A program made the translations under genes and the position numbers. A stretch of 64,000 nucleotides of DNA from Histomonas meleagridis 2922-C6/04-290x (Eukaryota; Protista; Parabasalia), in NCBI GenBank assembly GCA_020184695.1, contig JAANOX010000150.1, positions 1 through 64,000 on the forward strand, read 5' to 3'. Shown here in pieces: positions 39,971-52,651 of the stretch (its first letter is position 1; each line of letters opens with the position of its first letter). The notes beneath the pieces are model-generated. The model was not told where the DNA came from. It did not search any database and was given only the letters and a program-made list of their open reading frames with translations.

Positions 39971-40493
39971 TTTGATGTAAATGTTTATTTGATGTAAACT
40001 ATTGAAAAGAAATCAGCGTTGTAACGATTGAAATGTTGATGCGTTTGCATGCGAAGAAGCACTTGAAATACAAAACACTTTACTTCAATGCAGTTTTGTT
40101 TGCTAATTTACAAGAAAAAGGGCCGCAGCTAGATAAGTTTAGAACATTGATATAAAGCATTTTGTGTTGGAAGATATTCGCCAGCGAATATCCGACCGTT
40201 AGAAAGTTTGCAAAATAAATTTGAGGGCGCTGTGCGTTTTGTTAATTTTTTCTTGTATTTGTGTAATTTCTAAAATTAAAATTATTTAATGCTACTAACT
40301 ATTTTTCATTTTTACAAGTGCTCAATAAATGGAATTTGTTATTCAGAATAAAATTAAAAAAAAAAAAATACAAATATTAATTCAATAATTTTGTTCTGAT
40401 TCAATAACCTAGCAAGAAGTTCTCGGTTAACATGATAAATGTAAATTGTAATATGAAAAACAAAAAATTTCACAAAGAAACTAAAATATTTAT

Positions 40494-41147
40494 TTAATCA
40501 TTTTTCTTTATAACGTAAATATAATGATTCGGAAATGGCGGCTTTTCAACTGTGATAGAATCAATAAGGTTTAGCCCCAACGATGGGTTATTAAAGAAGT
40601 GTTTTCTTGTTGATGGCAATCCATATGATACAGAGATTAAATATCCACCTGGCTTCAATACTCTTGCTATTTCTTTTAGTGAATTGTCAATTTGCTTTAT
40701 CGAGTTGTCAGCACATAAAAGTGTATCTATAGTTCCTTTGTCAAAAACATATTCAAATGTATTACTTTGAAATTTCATTTGGGTACAGCTAGATGTTTGC
40801 CATTCAAGTCTCTTTTCATCTTGATATTTTTGTTTCATTTGATTAATAACTACATCTGAAAAATCGATGCTGATTACTTTAGTAATTAGTGAAGAAAGAA
40901 GATCAGCAGACATTTTGGAGTTTCCACAACCTATGTTAAGTGCTACACCACCATTTCCAAGATATTTCTGTACGTAAATCCTGAGTTCAGTCCATGGTTG
41001 AAACCATTCAAATACTTCTCCTTTTGTTTTTTCGTACCTTGAATTCCAGTACGACATCTCACCATATGCAGGGGCAGGATGGTTAAGAATGTTTTCGAGT
41101 TCTTGATCAAGGTTTTCTTCTTCGAATAGTGGATCCTTGAAAGACAT
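40494..41147 (-). CDS. Class I SAM methyltransferase (EEF1AKMT4/METTL13-N-like)
   Basis: YG..SYWNSRY, LNIGCGNS, IDFS, VFDKGTIDTL, RVLKPGG; ATG at 41147. Confidence 0.85.
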   Translation of the reverse strand: MSFKDPLFEEENLDQELENILNHPAPAYGEMSYWNSRYEKTKGEVFEWFQPWTELRIYVQKYLGNGGVALNIGCGNSKMSADLLSSLITKVISIDFSDVVINQMKQKYQDEKRLEWQTSSCTQMKFQSNTFEYVFDKGTIDTLLCADNSIKQIDNSLKEIARVLKPGGYLISVSYGLPSTRKHFFNNPSLGLNLIDSITVEKPPFPNHYIYVIKKND

Positions 41148-41221
41148 TATACAAAAAGTGACAGTAACCGCCTTCACGACCGTTTAAATCATATAGTGAA
41201 AGATAATTCTTTTTATTGAAA

Positions 41222-41812
41222 TTAACAACATTTTCCTTCTTGAGTATTCTGTGCATCTAACGGAACATTGTTTGTTTTTTCTGGTTTTTTAAATCCCGCA
41301 ACGTCTTCTGCGCATGAAGTAAATAAAATATTAATGTTTTCTCCAGATTGAGCAGAAACATGGTACACCGAGTTAACTTTGTCTTCATATGGTTTTAGTT
41401 GAATGTTGTTTTGAATATTTTGTTCGTTTGAAATTAAATCTATTTTGTTAATAACCAGATATATAAAAGGAGGGTTTTCAGCGCAGCAATCTTTGACCAT
41501 TTTTATCCACATTGGAATTGAAGTAAATGAATCTGGGGAGCTTGCATCAACAACAATCATTGCCAAATTTGTACCTCTAATATAAACAGGTGCAATTGCA
41601 TGATATTGTTCTTGACCTGCTGTATCCCAAAGTGAAAGTTTTACAAATTTTCCATCCACTTCAAATGTTTTGTATGTATTTTGCGCTCCAATTGTTGGTT
41701 CTTCATGATTAAACTCACCATACAGCCACCTTTTCATTATGGACGTTTTACCAACTCCAGTATTTCCTAGTAATATTACTTTCCTCTGGTCAGAGAACAA
41801 ATGATCGCCCAT
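41222..41812 (-). CDS. Rab-like GTPase
   Basis: GNTGVGKT, WDTAGQE, NKID, VSA, C-terminal CC; ATG at 41812. Confidence 0.9.
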   Translation of the reverse strand: MGDHLFSDQRKVILLGNTGVGKTSIMKRWLYGEFNHEEPTIGAQNTYKTFEVDGKFVKLSLWDTAGQEQYHAIAPVYIRGTNLAMIVVDASSPDSFTSIPMWIKMVKDCCAENPPFIYLVINKIDLISNEQNIQNNIQLKPYEDKVNSVYHVSAQSGENINILFTSCAEDVAGFKKPEKTNNVPLDAQNTQEGKCC

Positions 41813-42408
41813 CGAACTGACAAATTGCTTTAATATCACAGTTCACAATTTTCGAATCGTTATTTACGGTTACAGGTAGAATTGAATTTAATTGTGTCAT
41901 CTCACATGTCGTATTACACACAATAAAATATAAATCAGAATCAATACATCCCTTCCTTAAACCAATAAGTTTGTCGTGATAACAAACTTCACAAAGCAGC
42001 TTAGTACTTCTTAGTGCTTCAGTTTTTGTGGAAAAACATAATAATGTGAAAATTGAACTCATATAATGACATTAAAATAAATAAGTTAGATGTAAATTAT
42101 TATGGAAATTTAAACTTTGAGATTTTTAACGCAGTTTATAATATAATGACAATCAAAACAACAATATGAAGCCAAACAATCATCAAGTTGATTCGAAACC
42201 GTCACTTTTTTTCAGTAAACAAATTCACAACTATTCTCACTCTCAAAAAAAGAATACATAAGAAATAAGCAAGTTTTTTAGAGATGAAGAGTAATTCGAG
42301 TAAAATTATTCTTTTGGTGAATTATCTCTTTTTAACTGGGGTGAAGCATGCCCCCTGGCGAACAAAAAAACTTAACGTTCTCCATCGTCTGTCGTTTTTA
42401 ATTGAAAA

Positions 42409-42762
42409 ATGGCTTGCGATGGGTGCATTAGATGCTTTTGCGGGCAAGGGTGTGCAATTTGCTGGATCTTTATTGGCGTTTGGGCTTTCTTTCTATTAGG
42501 TATTCTTGCAATTCTGTTTAAATTTGAAAAACAAGGAAACATTGGACATTATAAAAAGGGACCACAGGAAAATGCAAAAGTTATGTTTATTACATGGTGT
42601 ATTTATGTAGTTTTTACCATATTTTGTGCTTTTAATCTATATTATCGAACAAAGCATCCATTCCCACCAAAGGAAGATGATGATAACAAGAAAACAAAGT
42701 TTTCCGCTATAGGGCCATCAGAGCAAGTCCCACTTCTTTTTGAAGATAAAAAAGAGAAATAA
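42409..42762 (+). CDS. RNASEK / V-ATPase subunit f-like two-TM protein
   Basis: CG..C..CW.FIGVW.FFLLGIL pattern, short loop, second TM ending in Y..F..FC; pattern recognition only. Confidence 0.55.
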   Translation: MACDGCIRCFCGQGCAICWIFIGVWAFFLLGILAILFKFEKQGNIGHYKKGPQENAKVMFITWCIYVVFTIFCAFNLYYRTKHPFPPKEDDDNKKTKFSAIGPSEQVPLLFEDKKEK

Positions 42763-43377
42763 TTTGTTTTCCCTAAAATTTAATTAAATTTTATAACCCT
42801 TTTCTGAGGACATGCTCGGATCGATTTTTCTTATTATTTCTAATTATTTTAAGAAATTATAATATGCGTGAATAGTTATATTTATTAACAACATCAGCAT
42901 TACACTAAGTATGAATTACTTTTAACAAGTTGTAAATCAATTAAATTGTTGTCTTCTTGTTCATTAAGAATACTAAGGAAATAATTTGATTCTTGTGATA
43001 TTTTATATAGAACAAAATGCCTAAAAATTGGAAATATCTTGAATTTAATATTGTTTTTTTCTTCATATCTTTCAATTTCTTTCATAAAATCTCAATATAT
43101 TTATGGATATATTAATATCATTTAGGAAAATTATGTATAATAGGGATACCATTTGACTAATACCTAACAAGATGGAATTTGAATCATCATTATTAAATAT
43201 GTCAAATATCAAATGTAACAATTGAAAAAATATTCCCATATTTAAAATAAATCAACTGAAGAATTTTCCATTCATATTTATATAGCTCGAAAAAACATCT
43301 CAGCAAACGTACGTTATGATTGTCAAAACCGTAAACGATAATATGCATATCCAAAATGGGAAAAGTGACATTTCCAA

Positions 43378-44829
43378 ATGATTTTCGTTTTTATCTTTCT
43401 ATCTTATGCAATATATGAACCTATATATCTAACCGACGAAAATTTTGACAAAACAATGAGTGATATACCTGTTGCATTTGTTATGACATATCAAGAAAAT
43501 GTTTCATTTTGCATTGATTTATTACCAAAATTCCGTGCTGTTGCAGAAATGATGAAAGAAAAATGCAAGTTTGTTGTCATTGAAAAAGAGTCTACTCCAC
43601 AAATACGCAAAAAATATCACATTTTTGCTTATCCATCATTATTCATATTCAGATATGGTAATGCAACAGCAGAATATAAAGGCAAGCGTGATTCATCTAG
43701 TATGTACAAATACCTCAAACGCATCCTTGGTGATTCAGTTATCACATTAGAATCTGCTCGAGATGTTCATGATTTCCTTGATGAGAATAAAATATCTGTT
43801 ATTCTTGCAGGCGAAGAACTCGATGAAATTATGCCATCTTATAAGAGTGTTGCCAGTGCACTAACAGACATAGTTCCATTTGCAGTTGCAACCACAGAAG
43901 ATGCCATACAACAACTTGGAGTTGATGAAGTGCCATCACTCAAAGTCTATCGGCAAGTTGATCGGCAAACGATAGATTATTCCCTTGTGTTCAAAGTAAC
44001 CGCCGGTCAACTTTTTAAATGGTTCGTTAAATCTATCGTTCCTAGATACAAAGAACTCGACTCTGTGGTGTTTAGGGATCTTGCTTTCGATTCACGGTAT
44101 ACTCTTCTTGCATTTGTCGATACCAATCGCAAGCCATCATTTGATCTTATGCACAATACATTGGATAAAATTGTTTCGACATATGACCAAAATTTAACAT
44201 ATGTTTATTGCGACATTTATGACATGGGAAATACTGTCATCAACCTTGGTTTCTCAGGTTATAGGGAACCAATTTATTGCATTGTAAAGATCACTGGTGG
44301 AGAAATTACAGAAAAGTATTTATATCCCGAAAATAAGAAAGCCACTCCTAACAATATTGCTCGTTGGGTAGGGTCTTTCCTTAACAAGACATCTCATATC
44401 ATCAAAAGTGAAGAACCACCAGAATCTCAAAAAGGACCATTATTTAAAATTGTTGGTCGAACATTTCAAGACTCGATACTTGATTCAGATCATGACATAC
44501 TTACCCTTATTCTTGTTGGTGATTCTACAGAACGCGAATTATCATATAATAATATTCTTGAAACAGCAAATGAGTTTTACAAACAGAAAATTGATACTGT
44601 AAAGTTTTGTTACATTGATTATGAGCTTAATGATTTACCCGGACTTCAAAAACAAAATTGGACATCACCTGTATATTTGTTTTGGCCGTATGGACAGAAG
44701 AAAAATGCGATGCTGATGAATGGAAGCATAAGCGCTGAACAGTTGATGAAAGAACTAAAGAAATATGCCAAAATTAAAAATAATTTTAAGATTCCTCCAA
44801 AATACGATATTGGAGATATTGAATTGTAA
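43378..44829 (+). CDS. PDI-like ER protein lacking an intact CxxC
   Basis: Signal peptide, LTDENF, YPSLFIF, EY.GKR, four thioredoxin-like domains; VSFC replaces CGHC; C-terminal DIEL. Confidence 0.8.
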   Translation: MIFVFIFLSYAIYEPIYLTDENFDKTMSDIPVAFVMTYQENVSFCIDLLPKFRAVAEMMKEKCKFVVIEKESTPQIRKKYHIFAYPSLFIFRYGNATAEYKGKRDSSSMYKYLKRILGDSVITLESARDVHDFLDENKISVILAGEELDEIMPSYKSVASALTDIVPFAVATTEDAIQQLGVDEVPSLKVYRQVDRQTIDYSLVFKVTAGQLFKWFVKSIVPRYKELDSVVFRDLAFDSRYTLLAFVDTNRKPSFDLMHNTLDKIVSTYDQNLTYVYCDIYDMGNTVINLGFSGYREPIYCIVKITGGEITEKYLYPENKKATPNNIARWVGSFLNKTSHIIKSEEPPESQKGPLFKIVGRTFQDSILDSDHDILTLILVGDSTERELSYNNILETANEFYKQKIDTVKFCYIDYELNDLPGLQKQNWTSPVYLFWPYGQKKNAMLMNGSISAEQLMKELKKYAKIKNNFKIPPKYDIGDIEL

Positions 44830-45194
44830 TAAAATAAATTTGTTATAAATTTTTAATGTAATAAAAAATAATCCACTTCTTCTTTTTTTTCATAAATGGA
44901 AATTTAAATTATCCAAAATTTCCAAATTATTGATATTATGTTGATATTTTTTTTTTCTTGGGAAATTCACTCGCAGCTTGAAATATTCATTCTAATCATA
45001 ATCTCTTGAGCAATGCAATATAAAGAATTTTTTGCCACTTTTGATGTAAATTATAGAATAGTAATTCAAAATAACCGTCACTACTTTTGATTACAATGAT
45101 AGCGCCAAAAAAACGGATTTCCTCATATAAAACCGATTCATTCTGAAATTTGTGTGCTTTACAAAGTATTTCTGGAGAAGTCAAGGCTTTGCCA

Positions 45195-46634
45195 ATGTTA
45201 AACACACACCAAAAATCGGAAATAAAAAGGCGTCAACCACCAGTGTCATTATCGCGTTGTGCACCTCCGTTACGTAAGTCAGCTCCATCGCCAAAATTAG
45301 TTACGAAAAAACAAAGAAATTCTGTTTTAATGCCTGTTTCTCCGACTTCACATAGAAATTCCCTTACCTTATCTCATTCACCGTTTCCTATTCATCGAGA
45401 GCACTCAAATCCAAAAATCATTGACGCACCAATAACTCCAGAAGATGCTCTTAATAACTACTCTGATAGCCTTACTGAATATGAAAAAGAGGAAATTCTT
45501 AATTATCCAGAAATTTATTTCATTGGCGATCCACTCAAAAAAATCAAACCTAAAAAATCACCATCTAACCCGAACAATGGGTTTGATTTCACGACACATC
45601 ATTACAAAGTTACAGTTGGTGACCAAATTTGTTATCGTTATGAAATCAAATCGATTTTAGGAAAAGGTGCGTTTGGGCAAGTTTTAAAATGTTTAGATCA
45701 CAAGACTCAAGATACAGTTGCACTCAAAATAATTATCAATACTGAACAAATGAAGACACAAGGAATGTCCGAAATAAATACTCTTAAAACTCTCAATGGA
45801 AAAGATATAAATGGAAATAGCCACATCCTTCGTGTTTATGATTCGTTCGAATTTCGTAATCATATCTGCTTTTCGTTTGAACTTCTTGGTCAAAATTTAT
45901 ATGATTATTGTCGAACGAATTCTTTCAAGCCATGGCCAATTCGGCAAATCCGCTCTGTAATGAAGCAAGTTTTTATAGCTCTTGCGTTCACTCATTCTAA
46001 TGGATTTGTGCATTGTGACATCAAACCAGAAAACATTCTTTTCCAACTTAACTCAACCAACAATGTACACTTAATTGATTTTGGAACTGCCTGTCGGGTT
46101 GGAGAACCACATTTCAATTACATCCAGAGCAGATATTATCGTGCTCCTGAAGTTATTTTATGTTTACCGTTTGGTCCTCCTATTGATATCTGGAGTACTG
46201 GGTGTATGATTGCCGAGCTCGCTAAAGGTTCACCAATGTTTTCTGGAGAAAATGAAGTTCATCAATTACTCCTTCAAATGACAGTCCTTGGAATGCCACC
46301 TTCTTACATGATTACAAGTTCTCCTCGGAAATCATCGTTTTTTGATTCTAATAACAAACCTTTAAGGATCGCAGCCTATCCTTTAAAAGTTGGATCTTCT
46401 TCAATATCAGCATCAACTTCAATAACCGATAAGAAATTGTTAAGTTTACTTCAGGGGTGCCTTGAATGGGACCCGAATAAACGGCTGACGGCTGAACAAG
46501 CTTTACATCATCCGTTCTTCCTCGAAAGTGAAGGCGGAACAAGGACAGAGGAACACAGAAAAATATCTCTAATGCCTCCTGGAAGAAAAGTACCCGTGCC
46601 AGCCCCCAGATCAAAAAATAAAATGTTTTTATAA
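45195..46634 (+). CDS. DYRK-family (CMGC) kinase
   Basis: DH-box-like NNGFD...HY, LGKGAFGQV, HCDIKPEN, DFG, YIQSRYYRAPE; ATG at 45195. Confidence 0.93.
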   Translation: MLNTHQKSEIKRRQPPVSLSRCAPPLRKSAPSPKLVTKKQRNSVLMPVSPTSHRNSLTLSHSPFPIHREHSNPKIIDAPITPEDALNNYSDSLTEYEKEEILNYPEIYFIGDPLKKIKPKKSPSNPNNGFDFTTHHYKVTVGDQICYRYEIKSILGKGAFGQVLKCLDHKTQDTVALKIIINTEQMKTQGMSEINTLKTLNGKDINGNSHILRVYDSFEFRNHICFSFELLGQNLYDYCRTNSFKPWPIRQIRSVMKQVFIALAFTHSNGFVHCDIKPENILFQLNSTNNVHLIDFGTACRVGEPHFNYIQSRYYRAPEVILCLPFGPPIDIWSTGCMIAELAKGSPMFSGENEVHQLLLQMTVLGMPPSYMITSSPRKSSFFDSNNKPLRIAAYPLKVGSSSISASTSITDKKLLSLLQGCLEWDPNKRLTAEQALHHPFFLESEGGTRTEEHRKISLMPPGRKVPVPAPRSKNKMFL

Positions 46635-46979
46635 TAAACCGTTCTGTTAAATCCAATTTTCAAACAAAAATCTTTGAACCAAAATTATCATTTATTAATT
46701 CTTTTGTAGTAAAATGTGTAATATTATTTTTGCTTTTTAGATATCAGTTATTTGAAAAAATGAGAAATTTTTTATTCAGATGAAAACATGTTCTCATAAG
46801 ACCTAAACCAATATAATTATAATCTGAAATACCCAAATTTTATACAAAAATCTTCAAACCAGAAATTTATTATAAAGTTGCGTTTGTGTAATAAAATAAA
46901 ATTAAATTTGCTGATTTCTCATACAAATGCTTCTGTAATCATTATTCAAAAAAATACAAATTACATCAATTGATGAAAT

Positions 46980-49900
46980 TTACTCAACGAAAACTGAATC
47001 TGCCCATTGTGAGTAGTCATATCCGTCCTCAGTTTGTGGCATGTTAGCCTTCATGTATTCGACATCTTCTGGGGTGAAGTGTTGGTTCATTAATTCCTCA
47101 GTCATAACAGGTGCGTTCTTGGTGACTGCCTTGAATGCGTCCTTAGTCGTTTCTGCTGTTTCTTGCTTAGTGAATCTATCGAGCATGAACTTAACGTAGT
47201 TATCGAAGTCCATAGATGTGTTACCGCCTGTGTACTTCTTGATGATTTCGTTGCATTCTTCATCTTCGACGTTTTCACCGAGTGCTGTGAGACAAGCCTT
47301 AAGTTCGTATGGTTCAGGTGACTTAGTGTTATCCTTATCGAAGAATGAGAATGTATCTCTGTATTCTTGTAGTTGTTTTTCTGTGTTTTCGAGCCCCTTA
47401 GCTGTGGCATTGGCATTGTCCACTTCTTGGGTCAAGTTGTGGATGTGTGCGTGCATGTTATCGCAGAATGCTAAGATTGATGATGGTGTGTTTTCTCCTT
47501 AGCATAAAGCTTCTCAAGCTTCTCTTCGTTAGTGCCATCAATTTCGTTGATTGATGCTTCGAGTTCTTTAGCTTCGTCGACAACAGCTTGTGCCTTGCCA
47601 ATGTAGTTATCGATACGTGCCTTGTTGCTTTCTGCTTGGATTTCGCTGTCGTTGATTTGGTTAACGTGGTTGATGTTAGCAATCAATTGATCGATGTAAC
47701 CTTGGATATCAATTGGTGTGAACTTGGGACGATAGTTGAGCTTGAACTCTGTTAATTCTGCAAATGGTTCGTTGAGTTGTGGAACATCGTCGTGGATGCC
47801 TTGTGCTTCTGTAAGTTCTGCGGCAAGTTTCTCCTTCTTCTCTTGGAGTGTGCCATCGATAGCCTTATGTTCGGCTTCGACCTTCTTGATACGTTCATTG
47901 AGAGCTGTTGCCATTTCATCGAAGTTCTTAACCATTTCATCATAGATTAAGTTCAATGCGTTTGTGATCTTCTCAAGAACTTGTGCATAGAATGATGAGA
48001 TTGAAATTGGTGTGTTGTTGATGTTCATGTGTAAACCATCCTTTTCTAATGCTTGGTAGTGTGGTGTTAAGTTGTCGAGGTCATCACGCTTCTCGTTGAG
48101 TTCCTTTTGCTTTTGAAGATATGCTGTACGACGTTCAACAAGTGTTCCATCGATAGCATCGACTGTAGCAGCGAAGTCACGTGACTTGTCAACATATGTT
48201 TGTGCCAATTCATTATATTCCTTGATACGGCGTTCGTTTTCACGCTTAACAATAGCAGCTGCGTTATCTTCAAGTAACTTATCAAGTAAGTTCTTAAGTT
48301 GGGCAACTTGTGAAGCAGCTTCTGATGGTGTTGTCTTGATACGAGCGGCAAGTTTGAATTCAACAATTTCACTGTATGGGTGATCAAGTGTTGGTAATTC
48401 GGCTTCAACTTCAGCAGCCTTTCCTTGGAGTTCTTCGTATTCTGCCTTTTGTGTCTCGAGAACCTTTTCTGGTTGCTTGACAGCTTCTGCTTGGTTAGTT
48501 AAGTCACGAACACGTTCTGTGATCTTGCCGGCTAATGCATCATATTCGTTGACCATTTCATCGAAGATCTTGTTAGTTTCTGTGATGGCACGCTTGAGTG
48601 AGTTGCCGTATTGTGTCTTGATGTATTCTGGTGTGTTGGAGATACCAAGATGTAAACCATCCTTTTCGAGGTCTTCGAAATCTGGATCGATTTCATTAAC
48701 CTTTTCACGCTTTTCAGCAATTTCGGATTGTTGCTTGATGAAAGCAGCACGACGTTCTGGAAGTGAACCTTCGATTGAATCGAGTTCCTTTTCGATATCT
48801 TGTGCGACATCGATATACTTTTGTGCCTTATCATTATATTCTCTGATACGGCGTTCATTGTCTGCTTGAAGGGCAGCGGCCTTGTTTTGATCTAAAAGAT
48901 GCTTAAGGTGAACAATTAATTGATCGACTTCCTTTTGGATGGCATATGGTGTGAACTTAGATCTGTTGTTCAAGTTTAATTGGATCAATTCATTGTATGG
49001 TGGTTGTAATTCTGGAAGATGGCTTTGCTTCTCTTCTGCTTCTGCAATAAGGCCATTGATGACATCATGTTGTTCTTCAATTGTGCCTTCAAGTGAGTTA
49101 GAACGTTGGTTGATTTCGTCAACTTTGTTAAGGATTTCTTGGCACATTTGATCGAATGAGTCAACCTTTTCCTTTTCGATTTGCTTCAAGATTTCTTGAA
49201 GTTCTGCACGGCGCTTAGCTTGAACGTTTTTCTAATTCTTCGAATTTGGCATTTTAATGTCTCTGGTTCTTTGCCTTCTGGTGGAACTGGAACCTTACGT
49301 GAGATTGGCTTACACTTGGTAACAATGGATGCCCATGTACGAAGTGCTGTACCACGAAGTTCAATGATTTGTGGACGTGCTGTATGTGCATACTTGATAA
49401 CATCGCCAAGCTTGGCACGAACTCCTGGAACTGTTCTTTCATATTCATCGGATTCGATGGATTCCTTTTCTTTGGCCATGGCATCAAGAGCTGCTTGTGC
49501 TTGTTGTTCATAAAGATTTGACATTTCATCAATTTGCTTTTGGTTCTTGAGTGTGGACTTGATCTTATCAGCCATAGCTGTGATCTTGGATTCAGAAGCA
49601 AAGAAGTGGAAGAATTCAGAAACTTGTGTAACAACAGATTTGTCATCTGGTACACAGCCAACAAGATCTTCTGGATCAAGGAAGACAGTTAATCCAATAC
49701 GGCGGCATGCATCGAAGGCAGCTGTAACGTTAGCCATATGATCATCCTTGTTAAGAGCATCGTAATCAAGTTCGTTTGGTCTGAAATGGTTGATAAGTGC
49801 ACAGAATGCAAGACCTGATGACCATGAGGTGGTGAAGTTGGTGATGCTAATATCATAATCACGTGTGTTCTTTTGGCACCAGATAAGAAGGGCATCACGG

Positions 49901-50301
49901 GCTGTCTTTTCTTCAACAGAGATATCTTCGATTTGGAACTTGTTGATGCAGGACCAGGCGAGACCAAGAGTGATCTTTAAGTTTCCATCAACAATTTCTT
50001 CTGGGTGAATACCGACAAGTTTGATTTCTTTAACTTCTGTGATGTATTTGATAGCAAGTTGAACGTTTTCGAGTTGATGATACCTGTTCTTGACGACTTG
50101 ATGCCACTTTCCTGGAAGTGGGTCTTTACCGATGATTTGTAAAAGTTGGAGTAATTTGACACCATCTCTGAAATCAGTTCTGATATCATTGAACTCAATT
50201 TTCTGTTGTGATAAGTACTTTTGGCACCAACGGGTAAAAACTTTGATTTGTGTTTCTTCCCATCCACGATCAAGAAGACCTGTTCTTTGAGGGGCGCTCA
50301 T
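46980..50301 (-). CDS. Alpha-actinin-like protein (2 CH domains, rod repeats, EF-hands), frame-disrupted in this sequence
   Basis: QIKVFTRWC, DGVKLLQLL, ARDALLIWCQ, SWSSGLAFCALI; rod repeats; EF-hand FSFFDKDN. Breaks near 49253, 49229 and about 47490. Confidence 0.9.
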
Positions 50302-50518
50302 ATAAAAGTGAAGTGTTTAAATTTCATTCAATTTTGAATACTGCCAAATGACAACCGGCGGCGACTTCACATTTTATCACTGAACAATTTGTCACCTCAA
50401 TCATCTCACTTATATAATTCAAATTTTCTTTATGTAACCACCTCCGATAGGTTGTAAACTTTGAACCCACAAAATGTACGTTGAGAGACCGTTTAAATCG
50501 AATTTGCATTGTTGAAGC

Positions 50519-51739
50519 ATGCTCAAAGATAATATTATTACTACCATAAACACAGGAGATAAAAACTTGAATAATTCATCAACCTCATTGAAATTCCTAA
50601 TTAATATTGATAAAAATGTGTTCAATTTAACTGAAGAAAACTTCCAGCCTTGCGTTACAAAAGTATTGAAATTATCCGATTCAAATTTCACAAATACATT
50701 AAATATTATTATGAGCAAAATGGTTTATAATGCGCTTTCACGAAACCATGAATTTGATATTTACATAAATTTTTTAAAAACACTTCAAACGAAAGAAGAA
50801 AAAATTAATCAAAATATCGATATTTTAAATTAAAATTAGAAATTTTATAAACTAATATCAATTTTCACCAAACGTATATCTATAAAGAACACACAAGAAT
50901 CATATTATTTAATTGAGAAAATGATTGAACAAAATTTGGTTAATAAAAACATCACTAAAAATATTCAATCAAAATATTTTGCACATTATAAAACAGAAGA
51001 AGAAAACAAACAAACAAACTATCGAGATCCATATGAAAATAATTTTTCAAAAAATTATGAAGAACTTTCACTGAATGATTGGGAACTTCATAAGAAGTAT
51101 ATTAAAGAAGGACATAATCCCAACACTATTGCAAAAACAATTCGAAATGATGAAATAGAAAAACTTCAAGAAATATCATCACAAATAAAATTTGATTTTA
51201 ACCAAACAATCGAACCATCATTTTATGAAAGATGTGACTTTATTAATAAAAAAAATGTTTCATTAATTGATTATGCAGCATTTTTTGGATCAATTAAATG
51301 TTTTAAATATTTACTTATAAATAATGCAAAAGTGGAAAACACAGGCAAATATGCAGTTGCAGGTGGAAACATTGAAATTATTCATTTATGTGAACAAAAT
51401 CATTCATCATTTAAAGAAGCATATGAAACAGCAATTGAATTTCATCGAAATGATATCTTTAAATATCTTTATGAAAATAATTTAGAAAAAACACAACAAA
51501 TGTCGAAAATATCTGAAGATTAATATAAAAATTTGATAGGTTTTTGCATTAAAAAAGATAATTATGAAATTTTAGCATTTTTGGAAGAAAAAGGAATTAA
51601 TGTTAATGTTGATAATATAAACGAATCAGCAAGAAATGGAAATTTGTATTTAGTTAAATATTTCCTTCAAAATAATCAAATTCCAAAAAATATATTGCCA
51701 TTTGCTTCAGAATCAGGAAATGTTGAACTTATAATGTAA
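50519..51739 (+). pseudogene. DUF3447-type/ankyrin paralog with in-frame stops
   Basis: The three track ORFs share one frame and are separated by TAA (50831), TAG (50837) and TAA (51521); collinear with 37271-38350; truncated in the second ankyrin. Confidence 0.75.
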
Positions 51740-52651
51740 GAAACTGATTTAGCTAGCAAGTCATTATGAAAGTCCTGTATCAAAAGGAACAAATTACATT
51801 AATCAATTTCTATTTGTCTTTCTATGCTTATTAGAGAATTATGTACAAGATATTATCGAATTTATTAAAACTAATACACAATATTATTCATCTATAAATT
51901 CCATATATCAAACAAAGTATGTGCTAATAAAGGACATAAGTTGTTACCTTCTACGAGCTCTGAAGGAATACAATTGTTTAAAGCAGCATTAAGTATCAAT
52001 TATATAGCAATATTAAATTGTGTAGAAAATAATAACGATAAAATGAGATATATCTTTAAAATAATTCATCCTTCAATCATTGAGAAATATGCAAACTTTG
52101 GTATGATGCATTATTATAATGATAATTCTCTCCAATTAATGTTACAAATATTCTTCAACATATTACACATTTGGCATTTCGAAATGGAATATCACAACAT
52201 TGTAAAAAGTCATTAATAAAAATAGTATAAATTTTAATAGCAATCATAGATATATTCCCACAAATCATTTTCTTGAACAAAACTTTAAAGACGTTTGCAT
52301 GTTCTTTTGTGATAACAAACTCACTATGAATTCATGTTGGGGACCTGTGTAAATGTTCGAAAAAATTGGTGTCAGATTCCACGGCTTTCCCTTTGTTTTA
52401 TAAAACAAATATATATATCATATTCCGGAATATGTGAAAAATGCGTTGCAACAAAATTGTGTTCAATGCTGAATTTCATAAAAATGCGGATGAATTATTG
52501 TTCTCAACTTTCCAAAAAACAGCCAAAAGAATATAAAGCTTTAGCAACGCTTTAATAGATTTCAAAAGATATACTTGAATTTAGGACACTTTTCACATTT
52601 ATTACTGAATAAAAAAGTTAAAATTGAATTGTTTACGTAAAAATTCATTCA

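Noticed and set aside
49220-49260. Programmed ribosomal frameshifting in alpha-actinin
   Set aside because: Two single-base excesses in short homopolymers are the typical signature of long-read consensus error; no stimulatory structure was seen.
50831-51523. TAA/TAG reassignment to an amino acid
   Set aside because: Conserved genes in the window (histones, RPS16, TrxR) end in TAA at the expected positions, and long ORFs have no internal TAR.
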